Of a stretch of DNA of 64,000 nucleotides, positions 1 through 8,477 are shown piece after piece. Both the position numbers and the translations under genes were made by a program. The DNA comes from a virus (lineage: Duplodnaviria; Heunggongvirae; Uroviricota; Caudoviricetes), in IMG/VR virus record IMGVR_UViG_3300029537_000168. One strand, given 5' to 3'. The notes beneath the pieces were generated by a model. It was not told where the DNA came from and did no database searches. It worked only from the letters and a program-made list of their open reading frames with translations. Position 1 is the stretch's first letter; the number at the start of each line of letters is the position of its first letter.

Positions 1-105
1 CCTACTTCCTGTCCTTTTTCTACTTCTTTGACGAGTAGATGGTCGTTTTCGATTTTTGCGTACTTCATGTTGTCTATGGTTTTAAACGTTGCTATCAGTT
101 GTCCG

Positions 106-1578
106 TTATGCTCGCAGATATGCAGGTTCGCGGAGCTGTAGGGGGAGCCTCCTTTTCGGATAGTACCTTTCCGGCGGTCTGAATATGGAAGCATAGTCGT
201 TCAGGTTTAGATATGATGTCTTGTTAGATTTGTATTTGCTTTTCAACACACAGATGAACCGGCCGTTCTTGTTGCGGAAATACAGCGATTCGGAGAATGT
301 TTCCATGGCTTTCCCGGCTATGCGCTTTTTGATGTTGAAGGACGCTGTTCCTTTCATCAGGCCGAAATAGCTGTTTATGCTTTGCATGACGTGTACGGCG
401 TTGCTGTACGACGGTATCCGGCTGTATTCTTCTATCGCTGTATGGAGGGCATGTACTGTGCGGTTGGATATGTAGATACGGTTCAGCTTTACTACCTCTC
501 CGCAGAACTTTACTCCGTGTGAGGCCGGCTGTATGTAGAATTTATCGGGATGGACTTTTAGTTTCAGCCGTCCGGTCGCTTTTATGAATACTTTCCGGGC
601 ATGGATTATTTCGGCTGCTGTTTCTGCCACCACGCATATATCATCTACAAACCGTGTGTATCTCACTCCGGTTTTTATCATTTCCGCATCAGCTTCCGCC
701 ATGACGAGGTTTGCGAGGAGTTGGGAATAGAAGTTTCCTATCGGGAGTCCTTTATCGGGTGGAAGTCCGAAGAGGCTTTTGTTGGGCGGAACTTTATCCC
801 ACATTTTTATATCGGAGCGTCGCTCGCAGTCTGTGGCCGGATTGTGCTGTATCAGGGTGTGAAGCAGAGAGAGTTTTTCTTCTTTATCAGGCTTATCGTA
901 GTACATATCGGCGTATTTCCGCAAGATGCGGTATGCTGTTTCCTTGTCTATCGACATAAAGAAGCCTGATATGTCCATTGTGGCTACGAAGGCTTTCTTC
1001 CTGTAGCCGTCCGTTACATCACGGATGTTCCGCTGTATCTGCTCGATGGCTGTAGATGCGGAATGTCCGATACGGTTGCCGTGGCTTACATCACCATTGG
1101 CTTCATGGACTTTCTCGCATATCTCGCCGAGCATCGGGGCAACGTAGTGGTGCACTATGCGGTCGGTGTAGTTGGCGGCGAAAACTTCCCTATACACAGG
1201 ATAATCGAGGACAAAGCAGATGCTTGTCTGTGGCTGGTAGCCGTTGTCTATTCTGTTTATCAATTCATAAATACGCGACAGGTTGAAATGAAACGATGCT
1301 GCTTCGAGCGATGCGTGCTTGTTTTTGTAACAGTCGCTTTCGGCAGCTATCCAGGCGGGCACTTTTTCTGATAAATCGGAGGCCGGCACCACACTATAGG
1401 TGTTGTTCGTGTTGTTGTTGTTCAAGTTGCCATTGCCCATGTTCACATACCAGGCGTTGTTGCCATTGTTGCGGACACAGCTCCAGACGTTTCCGCCCAG
1501 GACTTCTGCCCTGTTAATCGAAATAGCTTGCTCACCGCAAGCACAGGGACCTTTATCATTAAACAGTTCTGCCGACAT
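106..1578 (-). CDS. DGR reverse transcriptase (bRT-like). The catalytic protein probably starts downstream of the TR, about 106..1370, and the ORF-track N-terminus reads through the TR in frame.
   Basis: RT palm motifs in the translation: FGLPPDKGLPIGNFYSQLLANLVMAEAD and YTRFVDDICVV (YxDD). It lies immediately downstream of an A-rich template repeat that matches the 3' end of the neighbouring tail-fibre gene. Confidence 0.85.
   Translation of the reverse strand: MSAELFNDKGPCACGEQAISINRAEVLGGNVWSCVRNNGNNAWYVNMGNGNLNNNNTNNTYSVVPASDLSEKVPAWIAAESDCYKNKHASLEAASFHFNLSRIYELINRIDNGYQPQTSICFVLDYPVYREVFAANYTDRIVHHYVAPMLGEICEKVHEANGDVSHGNRIGHSASTAIEQIQRNIRDVTDGYRKKAFVATMDISGFFMSIDKETAYRILRKYADMYYDKPDKEEKLSLLHTLIQHNPATDCERRSDIKMWDKVPPNKSLFGLPPDKGLPIGNFYSQLLANLVMAEADAEMIKTGVRYTRFVDDICVVAETAAEIIHARKVFIKATGRLKLKVHPDKFYIQPASHGVKFCGEVVKLNRIYISNRTVHALHTAIEEYSRIPSYSNAVHVMQSINSYFGLMKGTASFNIKKRIAGKAMETFSESLYFRNKNGRFICVLKSKYKSNKTSYLNLNDYASIFRPPERYYPKRRLPLQLREPAYLRA
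1377..1503 (-). repeat. DGR template repeat (TR), 127 bp
   Basis: 127/127 alignment to 2021..2147 with 10 mismatches. All 10 are T on the plus strand, which is A on the coding strand, and they fall in AAC (Asn) codons: NNGNN...GNGNLNNNNTNNTY. Confidence 0.85.
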
Positions 1579-1581
1579 AGT

Positions 1582-1935
1582 TCAAGACTTTTCGGATCTG
1601 ACATTCTTTATCCTCGCAAGCGAAGATAAAATATTATCGCACAAAACGTCTATTACAGACGCTTTCTCTTTGCTGCATCCTCCAAGAGCCACTATCAGGT
1701 ATATCCCGAACTGCAATTCGTATGTCAGTTCTGTAGCTCTTTTATAATAGTCCATTCCACGAACCTGGCGCATAGCGTAACTAAAAAGCAATGCGCCTTG
1801 CTTCAGCATAGGATCTATATATGTTCTGCTTATGACTTTATAAGCTTTGCTGTTGATTTCTATGAGACAATTATTCAGGCGTATAACGTCCTGAATAATT
1901 GGTGCGTCCAAATGTTTCCTCCCGGATCTATTCAT
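1582..1935 (-). CDS. DGR accessory variability determinant (Avd-like four-helix-bundle protein), putative
   Basis: 117-aa ORF placed exactly between the target gene/VR and the TR/RT, as in the canonical mtd-avd-TR-brt order. It is basic and helical, and its similarity to Avd is weak and positional. Confidence 0.45.
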   Translation of the reverse strand: MNRSGRKHLDAPIIQDVIRLNNCLIEINSKAYKVISRTYIDPMLKQGALLFSYAMRQVRGMDYYKRATELTYELQFGIYLIVALGGCSKEKASVIDVLCDNILSSLARIKNVRSEKS

Positions 1936-1985
1936 TTCTATTGTCGCGTATTAAATGTTAATATATTTTAATGCAAAAGTTGATG

Positions 1986-2004
1986 AGCCGTGCTCCGCAC
2001 GGCT
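1986..2004 (-). other. GC-rich hairpin immediately 3' of the VR (DGR homing-associated stem-loop)
   Basis: agccgtgc-tcc-gcacggct is a perfect 8-bp stem with a 3-nt loop, 9 nt downstream of the target stop codon. It is present next to the VR only, not next to the TR. Confidence 0.5.
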
Positions 2005-2012
2005 GAGATAAA

Positions 2013-3428
2013 TCAAAAAGCGGAGGCCGGCACCACACTATAGGTGTTGAACGTGTTGTTGCCGATCAAGTTGCCAACGCCCATGTTCACATACCAGGCG
2101 CTGTTGCCACCGTTGCGGACACAGCTCCAGACGTTTCCGCCCAGGACGCCAGGTATGCCCCATTTTTCATAACTGTTAAGATAGTTTATCAATCCTGAAA
2201 TTATGCTTTTATTAGTCCAGTATGGGTATAATTCTTTTTCTCCTGCCATGTATTTCCCAAGGGACTTAATGTAATACACCGCGTGAGAATCTGCCATATT
2301 CCAGTCGTAATTTGTACCAGAATTTCCCGGTCTGCTTATGTATGGGGTAATGATATACCAATACCCGTCTACAGTTATGGCTTCCGCTCCTTTTGCGCCC
2401 GGAGAAAGAAGAGGTCGTTCGGCGGAGTTTACTCCGGTGTCGTTCATGTTTACACCGTTTGTTTTCTGCTGTTCGTACAGCCATTCAGCGTATTCAGGTT
2501 TGAAATAGTATGCGTTGTTTACTGAATACTTATTATTTGTATTGTACATTGCTTTCAAACCTGTGTTCTGGCCGTTTACGAAGAAAAACATATCTTCGCC
2601 TGCCTGAGCCTGTACGCCTGATGAATTTAGGATTTCCACATTGGTTATTGTGCCTTCTGCTTCAGAAGATGCTATGCCGCTACAGATGGCAAACCTGTGG
2701 CGAAGCCATTCATTCTGTACATACATGGCTTCAAGACGTCCGGCGTAATTATCCGCTATCATAGCATTTACATTGCCGCAATTCTTTTCCATTATCCAGC
2801 GTTGCTTGGTATTACCGCTGTAAAGTTCAAGCTTATCGTCTTCAGTTACGGTTACGCTCCAGTCGGCTGCAAAGTGACTTCCTGCGGCGTGAGTACCAAG
2901 GTTTTCATCCACAGTTCCATGATAATCTGTACCCTCGCGCGCTCCAGTCATCTGGTCGTATTCAAACACGGAGTGTTGCATCGAGTTTGACGATTTGCTT
3001 GTACTGCCGGACGTGGCGTAATATTCTCCCTTCCACGGCCAATAAAGAATGGCTCTGATACCGTTACATTCCAAAGAAAAACCTACAGGAGGAGCAATGA
3101 GTTCATTGTCAAAGCCATTTGCCACACTTCGGTCGTTCCATTCTTTTACTGTGTAATGTTTCAGGTCTGCATCTACAATCTTGATATGGTCGTTTGTAGC
3201 TACGGCTGCCGTCTTGCCTTCTTTTGTTGTGATGGCTGTGGAGCGTACCGGCAGTATCAGCATTTGCGATTCAAGGGCGTATTCGTCCCCTGTCGGAATG
3301 GCTGCTATTTTAGCCGGGTATTCGGAAAGGATTTCTCCTACATTTTCTACACCCTTTGCCTCTATGGCGGCCTTTATTGCGGCTTTGCTTTCTTTCAGTT
3401 TGTTAAGTTTATCTGCTGTCGTTCCCAT
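2013..3428 (-). CDS. DGR target protein: phage tail-fibre / receptor-binding protein with a C-terminal variable (C-type-lectin-fold-like) region
   Basis: 471 aa. The C-terminus VLGGNVWSCVRNGGNSAWYVNMGVGNLIGNNTFNTYSVVPASAF is the VR translation. It lies in the late gene cluster. Confidence 0.8.
   Translation of the reverse strand: MGTTADKLNKLKESKAAIKAAIEAKGVENVGEILSEYPAKIAAIPTGDEYALESQMLILPVRSTAITTKEGKTAAVATNDHIKIVDADLKHYTVKEWNDRSVANGFDNELIAPPVGFSLECNGIRAILYWPWKGEYYATSGSTSKSSNSMQHSVFEYDQMTGAREGTDYHGTVDENLGTHAAGSHFAADWSVTVTEDDKLELYSGNTKQRWIMEKNCGNVNAMIADNYAGRLEAMYVQNEWLRHRFAICSGIASSEAEGTITNVEILNSSGVQAQAGEDMFFFVNGQNTGLKAMYNTNNKYSVNNAYYFKPEYAEWLYEQQKTNGVNMNDTGVNSAERPLLSPGAKGAEAITVDGYWYIITPYISRPGNSGTNYDWNMADSHAVYYIKSLGKYMAGEKELYPYWTNKSIISGLINYLNSYEKWGIPGVLGGNVWSCVRNGGNSAWYVNMGVGNLIGNNTFNTYSVVPASAF
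2021..2147 (-). repeat. DGR variable repeat (VR) at the 3' end of the target gene
   Basis: Counterpart of the TR. Substitutions occur only where the TR has A on the coding strand, giving N>G, S, V, I, G, F changes. Confidence 0.85.
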
Positions 3429-3679
3429 TATATCACCTCCCCGTTTACTTCATCAAGTACTGTGTTTATGTTTCCTATCGCATTGTTCAAATCCCGAGAG
3501 GTGGCGTACCCTTTCTGCGCAAGAGTTTCTTCTGTTACATATCCTTCAGGAACTTGCTTTAAAGAAGAATTTACTCCATCAACGAGTTCGTCTATCTTCT
3601 TCGTTATAGCGTTCATTTCTGCCGATTGCAAAACCTGTTCACGAGAAAAAGTTTTATTTAATTTCTGTATATCTGCCAT
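3428..3679 (-). CDS. Small hypothetical protein, start overlapping the DGR target gene (fibre-associated?)
   Basis: 83-aa ORF with ATG/stop overlap with the downstream gene. Call is by position only. Confidence 0.45.
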   Translation of the reverse strand: MADIQKLNKTFSREQVLQSAEMNAITKKIDELVDGVNSSLKQVPEGYVTEETLAQKGYATSRDLNNAIGNINTVLDEVNGEVI

Positions 3680-3822
3680 GGCATATTATTTTAATTTATT
3701 TACATCAAGCTTTCCTTTGTCGAGTACGAGGTATTTTTCTTCAGGAGGAGATATATGCTTTTTCTTCTTAATCTCACAGAATCTATACGTCAAAAGCTTA
3801 AACGTATTTAGCTTAATAGGTT

Positions 3823-4122
3823 TCATGATCCTGCCTCCCTTATGGTTGCTTTTGTGACTTTACTCGATACGACAATTTTAATATACTTAGGATAGACTGC
3901 ATGACAAAAATCTGCATCTATTACATCCCCCCACTTTAGTTCAATATATGAACGCCTATACTTTCCTTCATCACTTCCCCTTTGATAAATCTCCAATGTT
4001 CCTCCACTCTCCATTTCGATATGAAGATTATAGTCTGAGTTTACTTTTGTTTCTGATACAAATGATTTGCCTTCCTCATTAAATAATAATTCTCTCTGTT
4101 CCATGATATTTGTTTTTAGCAA
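3823..4122 (-). CDS. Hypothetical protein
   Basis: 99-aa ORF in the late-gene orientation. Confidence 0.35.
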   Translation of the reverse strand: MLKTNIMEQRELLFNEEGKSFVSETKVNSDYNLHIEMESGGTLEIYQRGSDEGKYRRSYIELKWGDVIDADFCHAVYPKYIKIVVSSKVTKATIREAGS

Positions 4123-4333
4123 AAATAAGTAACATACACAAAAATAAGAAGGACAAAAAAAACAGCTGTATATATATCGGATAAGACTACTTTTTTAAAA
4201 GGGAATCCAATTAAAATTGTCTCATATTTTATATTTTACACCGATTTTCAGCACTTTTTTGATTTAATCAGAAATTGTGAAACGCAAACACAACCAAATC
4301 AATATTTTTGCAATAAACAAACTACTTATTATT

Positions 4334-5008
4334 ATGAAAAAAAACTTATTTTTTACATTGACTTTAATTTTAATTATGTGCTTGTTTACTTCTTGCGGAA
4401 GTACATATATGGCTGTTTACGATTTAGGTCTTTCTTCTGTTGAAAGCCCTTCAGACTCAAAAGATCCATTTGGTAATTCGGAAATAGTAAAGATTTCTGA
4501 TGAAGTCCCTTCAAAAAATAAAAAGGCTCAGATTGTAAACAAATACAGATACACAGATAAATACATTGACATTGTGTGGTGGTACTCTACCACTCAGTTT
4601 GAATTTGAGCTGAAAAATGTTTCAGAAAAAACACTGAAAATAAATTGGGATGATGTAACCTTTATGGACTATACAGGTAATATAAGCCGGATTATGCACA
4701 AAGGAGTAAAATACATAGACAAAGATAAAAGTCAGGGAAGCATAAGCATACCCAAAAACGGAAAGCTAAACGATATTATAGTCCCTACGTCTAATGTATA
4801 TTTCAGTCAGGGGTTTGGCGTTTATGTTCCTTCTGAATGGAAACAAAAATCAATCATTCCATGTTTCTACAAGAGTAAGAAAGAAATGCAGAATGATATT
4901 GACAATAAAATTTGGATAGGTAAAAAAGTACAAATACTTTTCCCGATAGAGATTGAAGGAAAGAAAAATGACTACAATTTTGAATTTACAGTTAACGGTA
5001 CATACTGA
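4334..5008 (+). CDS. Lipoprotein (moron; possible superinfection-exclusion or surface protein)
   Basis: MKKNLFFTLTLILIMCLFTSCGS is a signal peptide plus lipobox Cys. Orientation is opposite to the flanking late genes, and the gene is AT-rich. A hairpin (9-bp stem aatgcagcc/ggctgcatt) follows at 5021..5068. Confidence 0.6.
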   Translation: MKKNLFFTLTLILIMCLFTSCGSTYMAVYDLGLSSVESPSDSKDPFGNSEIVKISDEVPSKNKKAQIVNKYRYTDKYIDIVWWYSTTQFEFELKNVSEKTLKINWDDVTFMDYTGNISRIMHKGVKYIDKDKSQGSISIPKNGKLNDIIVPTSNVYFSQGFGVYVPSEWKQKSIIPCFYKSKKEMQNDIDNKIWIGKKVQILFPIEIEGKKNDYNFEFTVNGTY

Positions 5009-5216
5009 TAATTAAAAAACAATGCAGCCGGGGAAGAAACGACAAAACCCAGGCTGCATTTTCATTCATATAGGGTGGAAAGACAAACTACATCATCTTT
5101 TTCTCATAATTATATCGCCCACCACATTTGCCAGCACATTAGAGCCAAATCCTCTTATCCCGTCAAGTTGAGCTACCATCCGGATAAGAAGGTCCAGCTT
5201 TTCTTCTATGCGGCTG

Positions 5217-5765
5217 TTACATGGCTGCCGGCTCTCCGTACATGCGCTTCTTGAAGTAACGGCGCACCTGAAAGTTCTTGTCCTTGTCTTTCAGGTAGGA
5301 CACAGCTTTCTTGTAGCATGAAAGGGCCATCTTTTCGTTCGGCACTTCGGCAGGTGTCTTGTATCCCATGTCTTCAGCGATGCTGTATGCCATGTCGCTG
5401 TAAATCATGTTGGCTGTGACACAAAGTGCATACGAGTTGTACGAAGGTTTTTCTTCAGGAACTCCTCCAAGTTGTTTCACGGCAGCCACGAAAGTGTCAT
5501 GCCCCCAGTGGAATCCTTTCAACCCATCTTCGTTGACCATGGTCTTACCGATATTCACGGCCTCTGTTTCCGACAAAAAATTATCCCAGCACATTGCTTC
5601 GAGGTGGCTCAACCAGCTCATAGCCATTTCCGGGTGCATCTTTGCCATTTCCTTGAAATAATAGGTAGCAGCTTCGCCGAATATTTTCATATTCTTCACG
5701 TCCTTGCTGTCCTTCATCTTATCATACAGCTCCTCGTAACGGGAGATCATTTGTTCTCTATCCAT
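5217..5765 (-). CDS. Hypothetical protein
   Basis: 182-aa ORF with good coding look and no recognisable motif. Confidence 0.5.
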   Translation of the reverse strand: MDREQMISRYEELYDKMKDSKDVKNMKIFGEAATYYFKEMAKMHPEMAMSWLSHLEAMCWDNFLSETEAVNIGKTMVNEDGLKGFHWGHDTFVAAVKQLGGVPEEKPSYNSYALCVTANMIYSDMAYSIAEDMGYKTPAEVPNEKMALSCYKKAVSYLKDKDKNFQVRRYFKKRMYGEPAAM

Positions 5766-5913
5766 ATCTCGATATTTTTAAATTAGTTTCTTCAAAACTT
5801 CCCGCCCTCGCGGACGGGAAGCCACTCAAACATTTTTCCTTTTCCTTCGCTTTTTTACGGGTTCATCGGCAGATGCCAGACTGAAAGCGCTAAACGCGGC
5901 TGCCTGAACTTCG

Positions 5914-6330
5914 TTAAGCGGGAAAGGTAGCAGTAATCGTGACCGGGACTGCAATCAGTGCGCCGCAAGCAGAGCAACCGCAACCGTTCTCATTGTAAGA
6001 GAATACCTGCGGAACTAAAGCTGTAGCTACCACACTGGTAGGGGCTGTATTTGCCGCACCGATGAAGGTTACTGTAAACTGTTCGGTCCACTGAATAGTC
6101 TTTGCTGCACATCCGTTTTTCGGAGTGTAGGTCAGAGTTACAGCTGCGTTGATAAGCGCAATGTTCTGCGTGTTGTTGTTTGTGACGCTTGCTACACTGA
6201 ATACGACGGTAGCAGTAGGTTGAACGCCGTTGTTCACGCAATAAGCCTGACGCAGTTTCTTAGTGATGTTTACCGTCAGTGGCTGAGCGGTATCTGTCGG
6301 AACTCCAGACAAAGTAATTGACTGAATCAT
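5914..6330 (-). CDS. Hypothetical beta-rich protein with a C-terminal CGCSACG cysteine cluster
   Basis: 138-aa ORF. Confidence 0.45.
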   Translation of the reverse strand: MIQSITLSGVPTDTAQPLTVNITKKLRQAYCVNNGVQPTATVVFSVASVTNNNTQNIALINAAVTLTYTPKNGCAAKTIQWTEQFTVTFIGAANTAPTSVVATALVPQVFSYNENGCGCSACGALIAVPVTITATFPA

Positions 6331-6391
6331 AGTTGTGTTGTGTTTGTGTTATATATCTTTTACAGGACACCAGGCCGCCTGTATTCGGCAC

Positions 6392-6883
6392 TTATTTCTC
6401 TTCTTTTTCTCGTGTTTCATTCTTTGGTGCAGGCTGCGGTTGTGGGTGCGACGGCTGTGCCTGCGGAACCTTCACCACATATTCCTCGGGTTTCTGATAC
6501 GGAAGGTTGCAGTCCAGGTATTTCTTCAGTTCCACCAGGTCATCGCGGTCGAAAGTGAAAAATCCGTCGATTATGGAAAGCTTTCCCTGTTGGATGGCAG
6601 AGTCAACATATCCGTGAGCCAGTTCCGGGATCATGTCGTCCGGAATGCGGGACACAAATCGTTCAAGGAACGGACGGATCATTTTTGTCCCTCCTAAAGA
6701 TGCCAGCGAATTGATTTCATTGGAAATCTGCCATCCGGGGCCTGCGAGTCCGATTGACTTGAATAACTTCTCCACCGGAAGCATACCGGCAGAAATACCG
6801 TTGAGCGTATTGCCCATCATAACCGGAATGACCGGCTCACCCCATTTCAGGATGACAGCGGTCAGAATCTGTGCGTTTGTCAT
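6392..6883 (-). CDS. Hypothetical protein with a Pro/Gln-rich C-terminal tail
   Basis: 163-aa ORF. Confidence 0.5.
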   Translation of the reverse strand: MTNAQILTAVILKWGEPVIPVMMGNTLNGISAGMLPVEKLFKSIGLAGPGWQISNEINSLASLGGTKMIRPFLERFVSRIPDDMIPELAHGYVDSAIQQGKLSIIDGFFTFDRDDLVELKKYLDCNLPYQKPEEYVVKVPQAQPSHPQPQPAPKNETREKEEK

Positions 6884-6972
6884 TGTGCTGCGTGTTTGAG
6901 TTTTTTCTACAGTGCTTGAAAATCAAAAGGAAGGGGAAGACCGGACGGTCCTCCCCCGGGGCCAGTTTGGGG

Positions 6973-7533
6973 TTACTGGGCAGACGGACATCCGCAGCAT
7001 CCATCCTGACATACGTTGCTTGACGGAATGTATGTCTTAGTGATAGCCTGCAAAGCGGCGATGCTGTTCTGCATGCACTGCAGAGCAGCGGTGTTGGTAC
7101 CGTTGTAAACGGCCTGCTGCATGTTGACAGCGGTCTGAGCGTCCTTGTTGGAGCGAACTTCCACTGAAAGTTCCTTGATCTGACCCTGCAAGTCCTTATA
7201 GGCTTCCACAATCTTCTGGTCAGTGTACTTGTCAGCCTTCAGCAAAGCGATTTCTGAATCCTTTGCGTTCAGTTGTTCCACCATGTTCAACTCATAACGG
7301 CTTACGGGCATGTTGTCTGAGCAACATCCTTCTCCGTTCCATCCCCAGCCATTGCGGCCCAGGATGTTACCACCGTTGATACCCAAAAATGATGCGATGC
7401 CGGCTGCAGCCCCCACCGTGTTAAAATTACCTTGTCCCTGGCCGGTTACGTTGTAACTCTGGCCATCCATACCTTTGATTGTCATACTGTTTTGTGTTTG
7501 TGTTGTGTCGTGAACTATTTCCCGACATGACAA
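6973..7533 (-). CDS. Hypothetical Gly-rich / coiled-coil protein with Cys-rich termini
   Basis: 186-aa ORF containing GINGGNILGRNGWGWNGEGCC and a C-terminal QDGCCGCPSAQ. Confidence 0.5.
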   Translation of the reverse strand: MSCREIVHDTTQTQNSMTIKGMDGQSYNVTGQGQGNFNTVGAAAGIASFLGINGGNILGRNGWGWNGEGCCSDNMPVSRYELNMVEQLNAKDSEIALLKADKYTDQKIVEAYKDLQGQIKELSVEVRSNKDAQTAVNMQQAVYNGTNTAALQCMQNSIAALQAITKTYIPSSNVCQDGCCGCPSAQ

Positions 7534-7549
7534 AGGTACGGACGAAGCA

Positions 7550-7855
7550 TTACTCTGGGAATGAGTTATTTCCTAACCTCTTCCTGATTCTTTCGCAACT
7601 TATTCTGAATATTTTCTGTGTGCTGAAACGCTGGTCGAAATTGGTATGAATCTGGTTGACGGCACGCTCCGTCTTTCCGATTCGTGCAGCGATATACGAC
7701 GGATTCAATCCGCTCTGAAAAAGGAAATGCACCAGCAGATAGCGTGCATCTACCGTTTCTGTGTCCTTCCTTCCGGAAAGAATCTGTGCAGACGGTATTT
7801 CCGTTTCCTCCGATACCATGCGGAGGATGGTGTTAAAAATCTCACTCTTACTCAT
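7550..7855 (-). CDS. Helix-turn-helix protein (DnaA C-terminal-domain-like)
   Basis: 101 aa containing SAQILSGRKDTETVDARYLLVHFLFQSGLNPSYIAARIGKTERAVNQ, which resembles a DnaA-C/HTH fold. Confidence 0.45.
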   Translation of the reverse strand: MSKSEIFNTILRMVSEETEIPSAQILSGRKDTETVDARYLLVHFLFQSGLNPSYIAARIGKTERAVNQIHTNFDQRFSTQKIFRISCERIRKRLGNNSFPE

Positions 7856-7922
7856 CGTTTCTTTGTTTATCGGGCACGTCTGCCCTGTGTTTTTCTCTTG
7901 TGTTTAAAGAAACAACCTGCCG

Positions 7923-8477
7923 CTACCATTGCAGCAGGTTGTAATTAAGCGTAACGCCCAGAAACGGTTCTGTCTTCCCTGAAAGCCCTATCCCGTATCC
8001 GGCGCTCAGTCCTATCCCCCACCTCTTTTTTTTCGGTGCCGGTGCATTTACCACCCCCGTCTGTGTGCGTCGGTAAAACTCTGCCGACACCATTTGCGGG
8101 CGATACCCTGAAATGACTATCCGGTAGTCGTCCGTACGGTATTCCTTCTCTGTGAGAGGAATAATCACGTCTACGCTGTCTGTTCCTGTAGAAAGCGAAT
8201 CAGAAACAACCGTAGCCGTATCCGCTATGCTGTCCGGAATGGAAGCTGACCCGGACGGTTTCTGCGGACGATATACCGGAAGGCGTGCGGTGTCTGTTCC
8301 TGCGGGACGCTCTGACACGGGAGGAGCAACTGCCGTGTCGCGTATCGTATCTACCCTGACGGGAAGCCATACGGTATCACCCTGACCAGACTGCGGCGAC
8401 GCGCATCCACGGAAGAAAAGCGAAAAGAGGAGCGCGGCCGACAGCAAGCCTACCAGTATCCACGGAAGCTGTTTCAT
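7923..8477 (-). CDS. Secreted protein or lipoprotein downstream of the endolysin (possible spanin-like lysis accessory)
   Basis: N-terminal signal peptide MKQLPWILVGLLSAALLFSLFFRGCAS. Start overlaps the amidase gene, and the protein has a C-terminal beta-strand-like tail. Confidence 0.45.
   Translation of the reverse strand: MKQLPWILVGLLSAALLFSLFFRGCASPQSGQGDTVWLPVRVDTIRDTAVAPPVSERPAGTDTARLPVYRPQKPSGSASIPDSIADTATVVSDSLSTGTDSVDVIIPLTEKEYRTDDYRIVISGYRPQMVSAEFYRRTQTGVVNAPAPKKKRWGIGLSAGYGIGLSGKTEPFLGVTLNYNLLQW

Noticed and set aside
601-1517. Plus-strand ORFs overlapping the RT gene (601..969, 1063..1371, 1296..1517)
   Set aside because: These are antisense to a motif-bearing RT ORF. The Cys-rich 1296..1517 translation is an artefact of the GTTGTT (Asn-codon complement) repeats of the TR.
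106-1578. RT as a retron or group II intron maturase
   Set aside because: An adenine-specific TR/VR pair, an Avd-like ORF and a target tail fibre are present. No flanking ribozyme-like domains or msr/msd-like inverted repeats were noticed.
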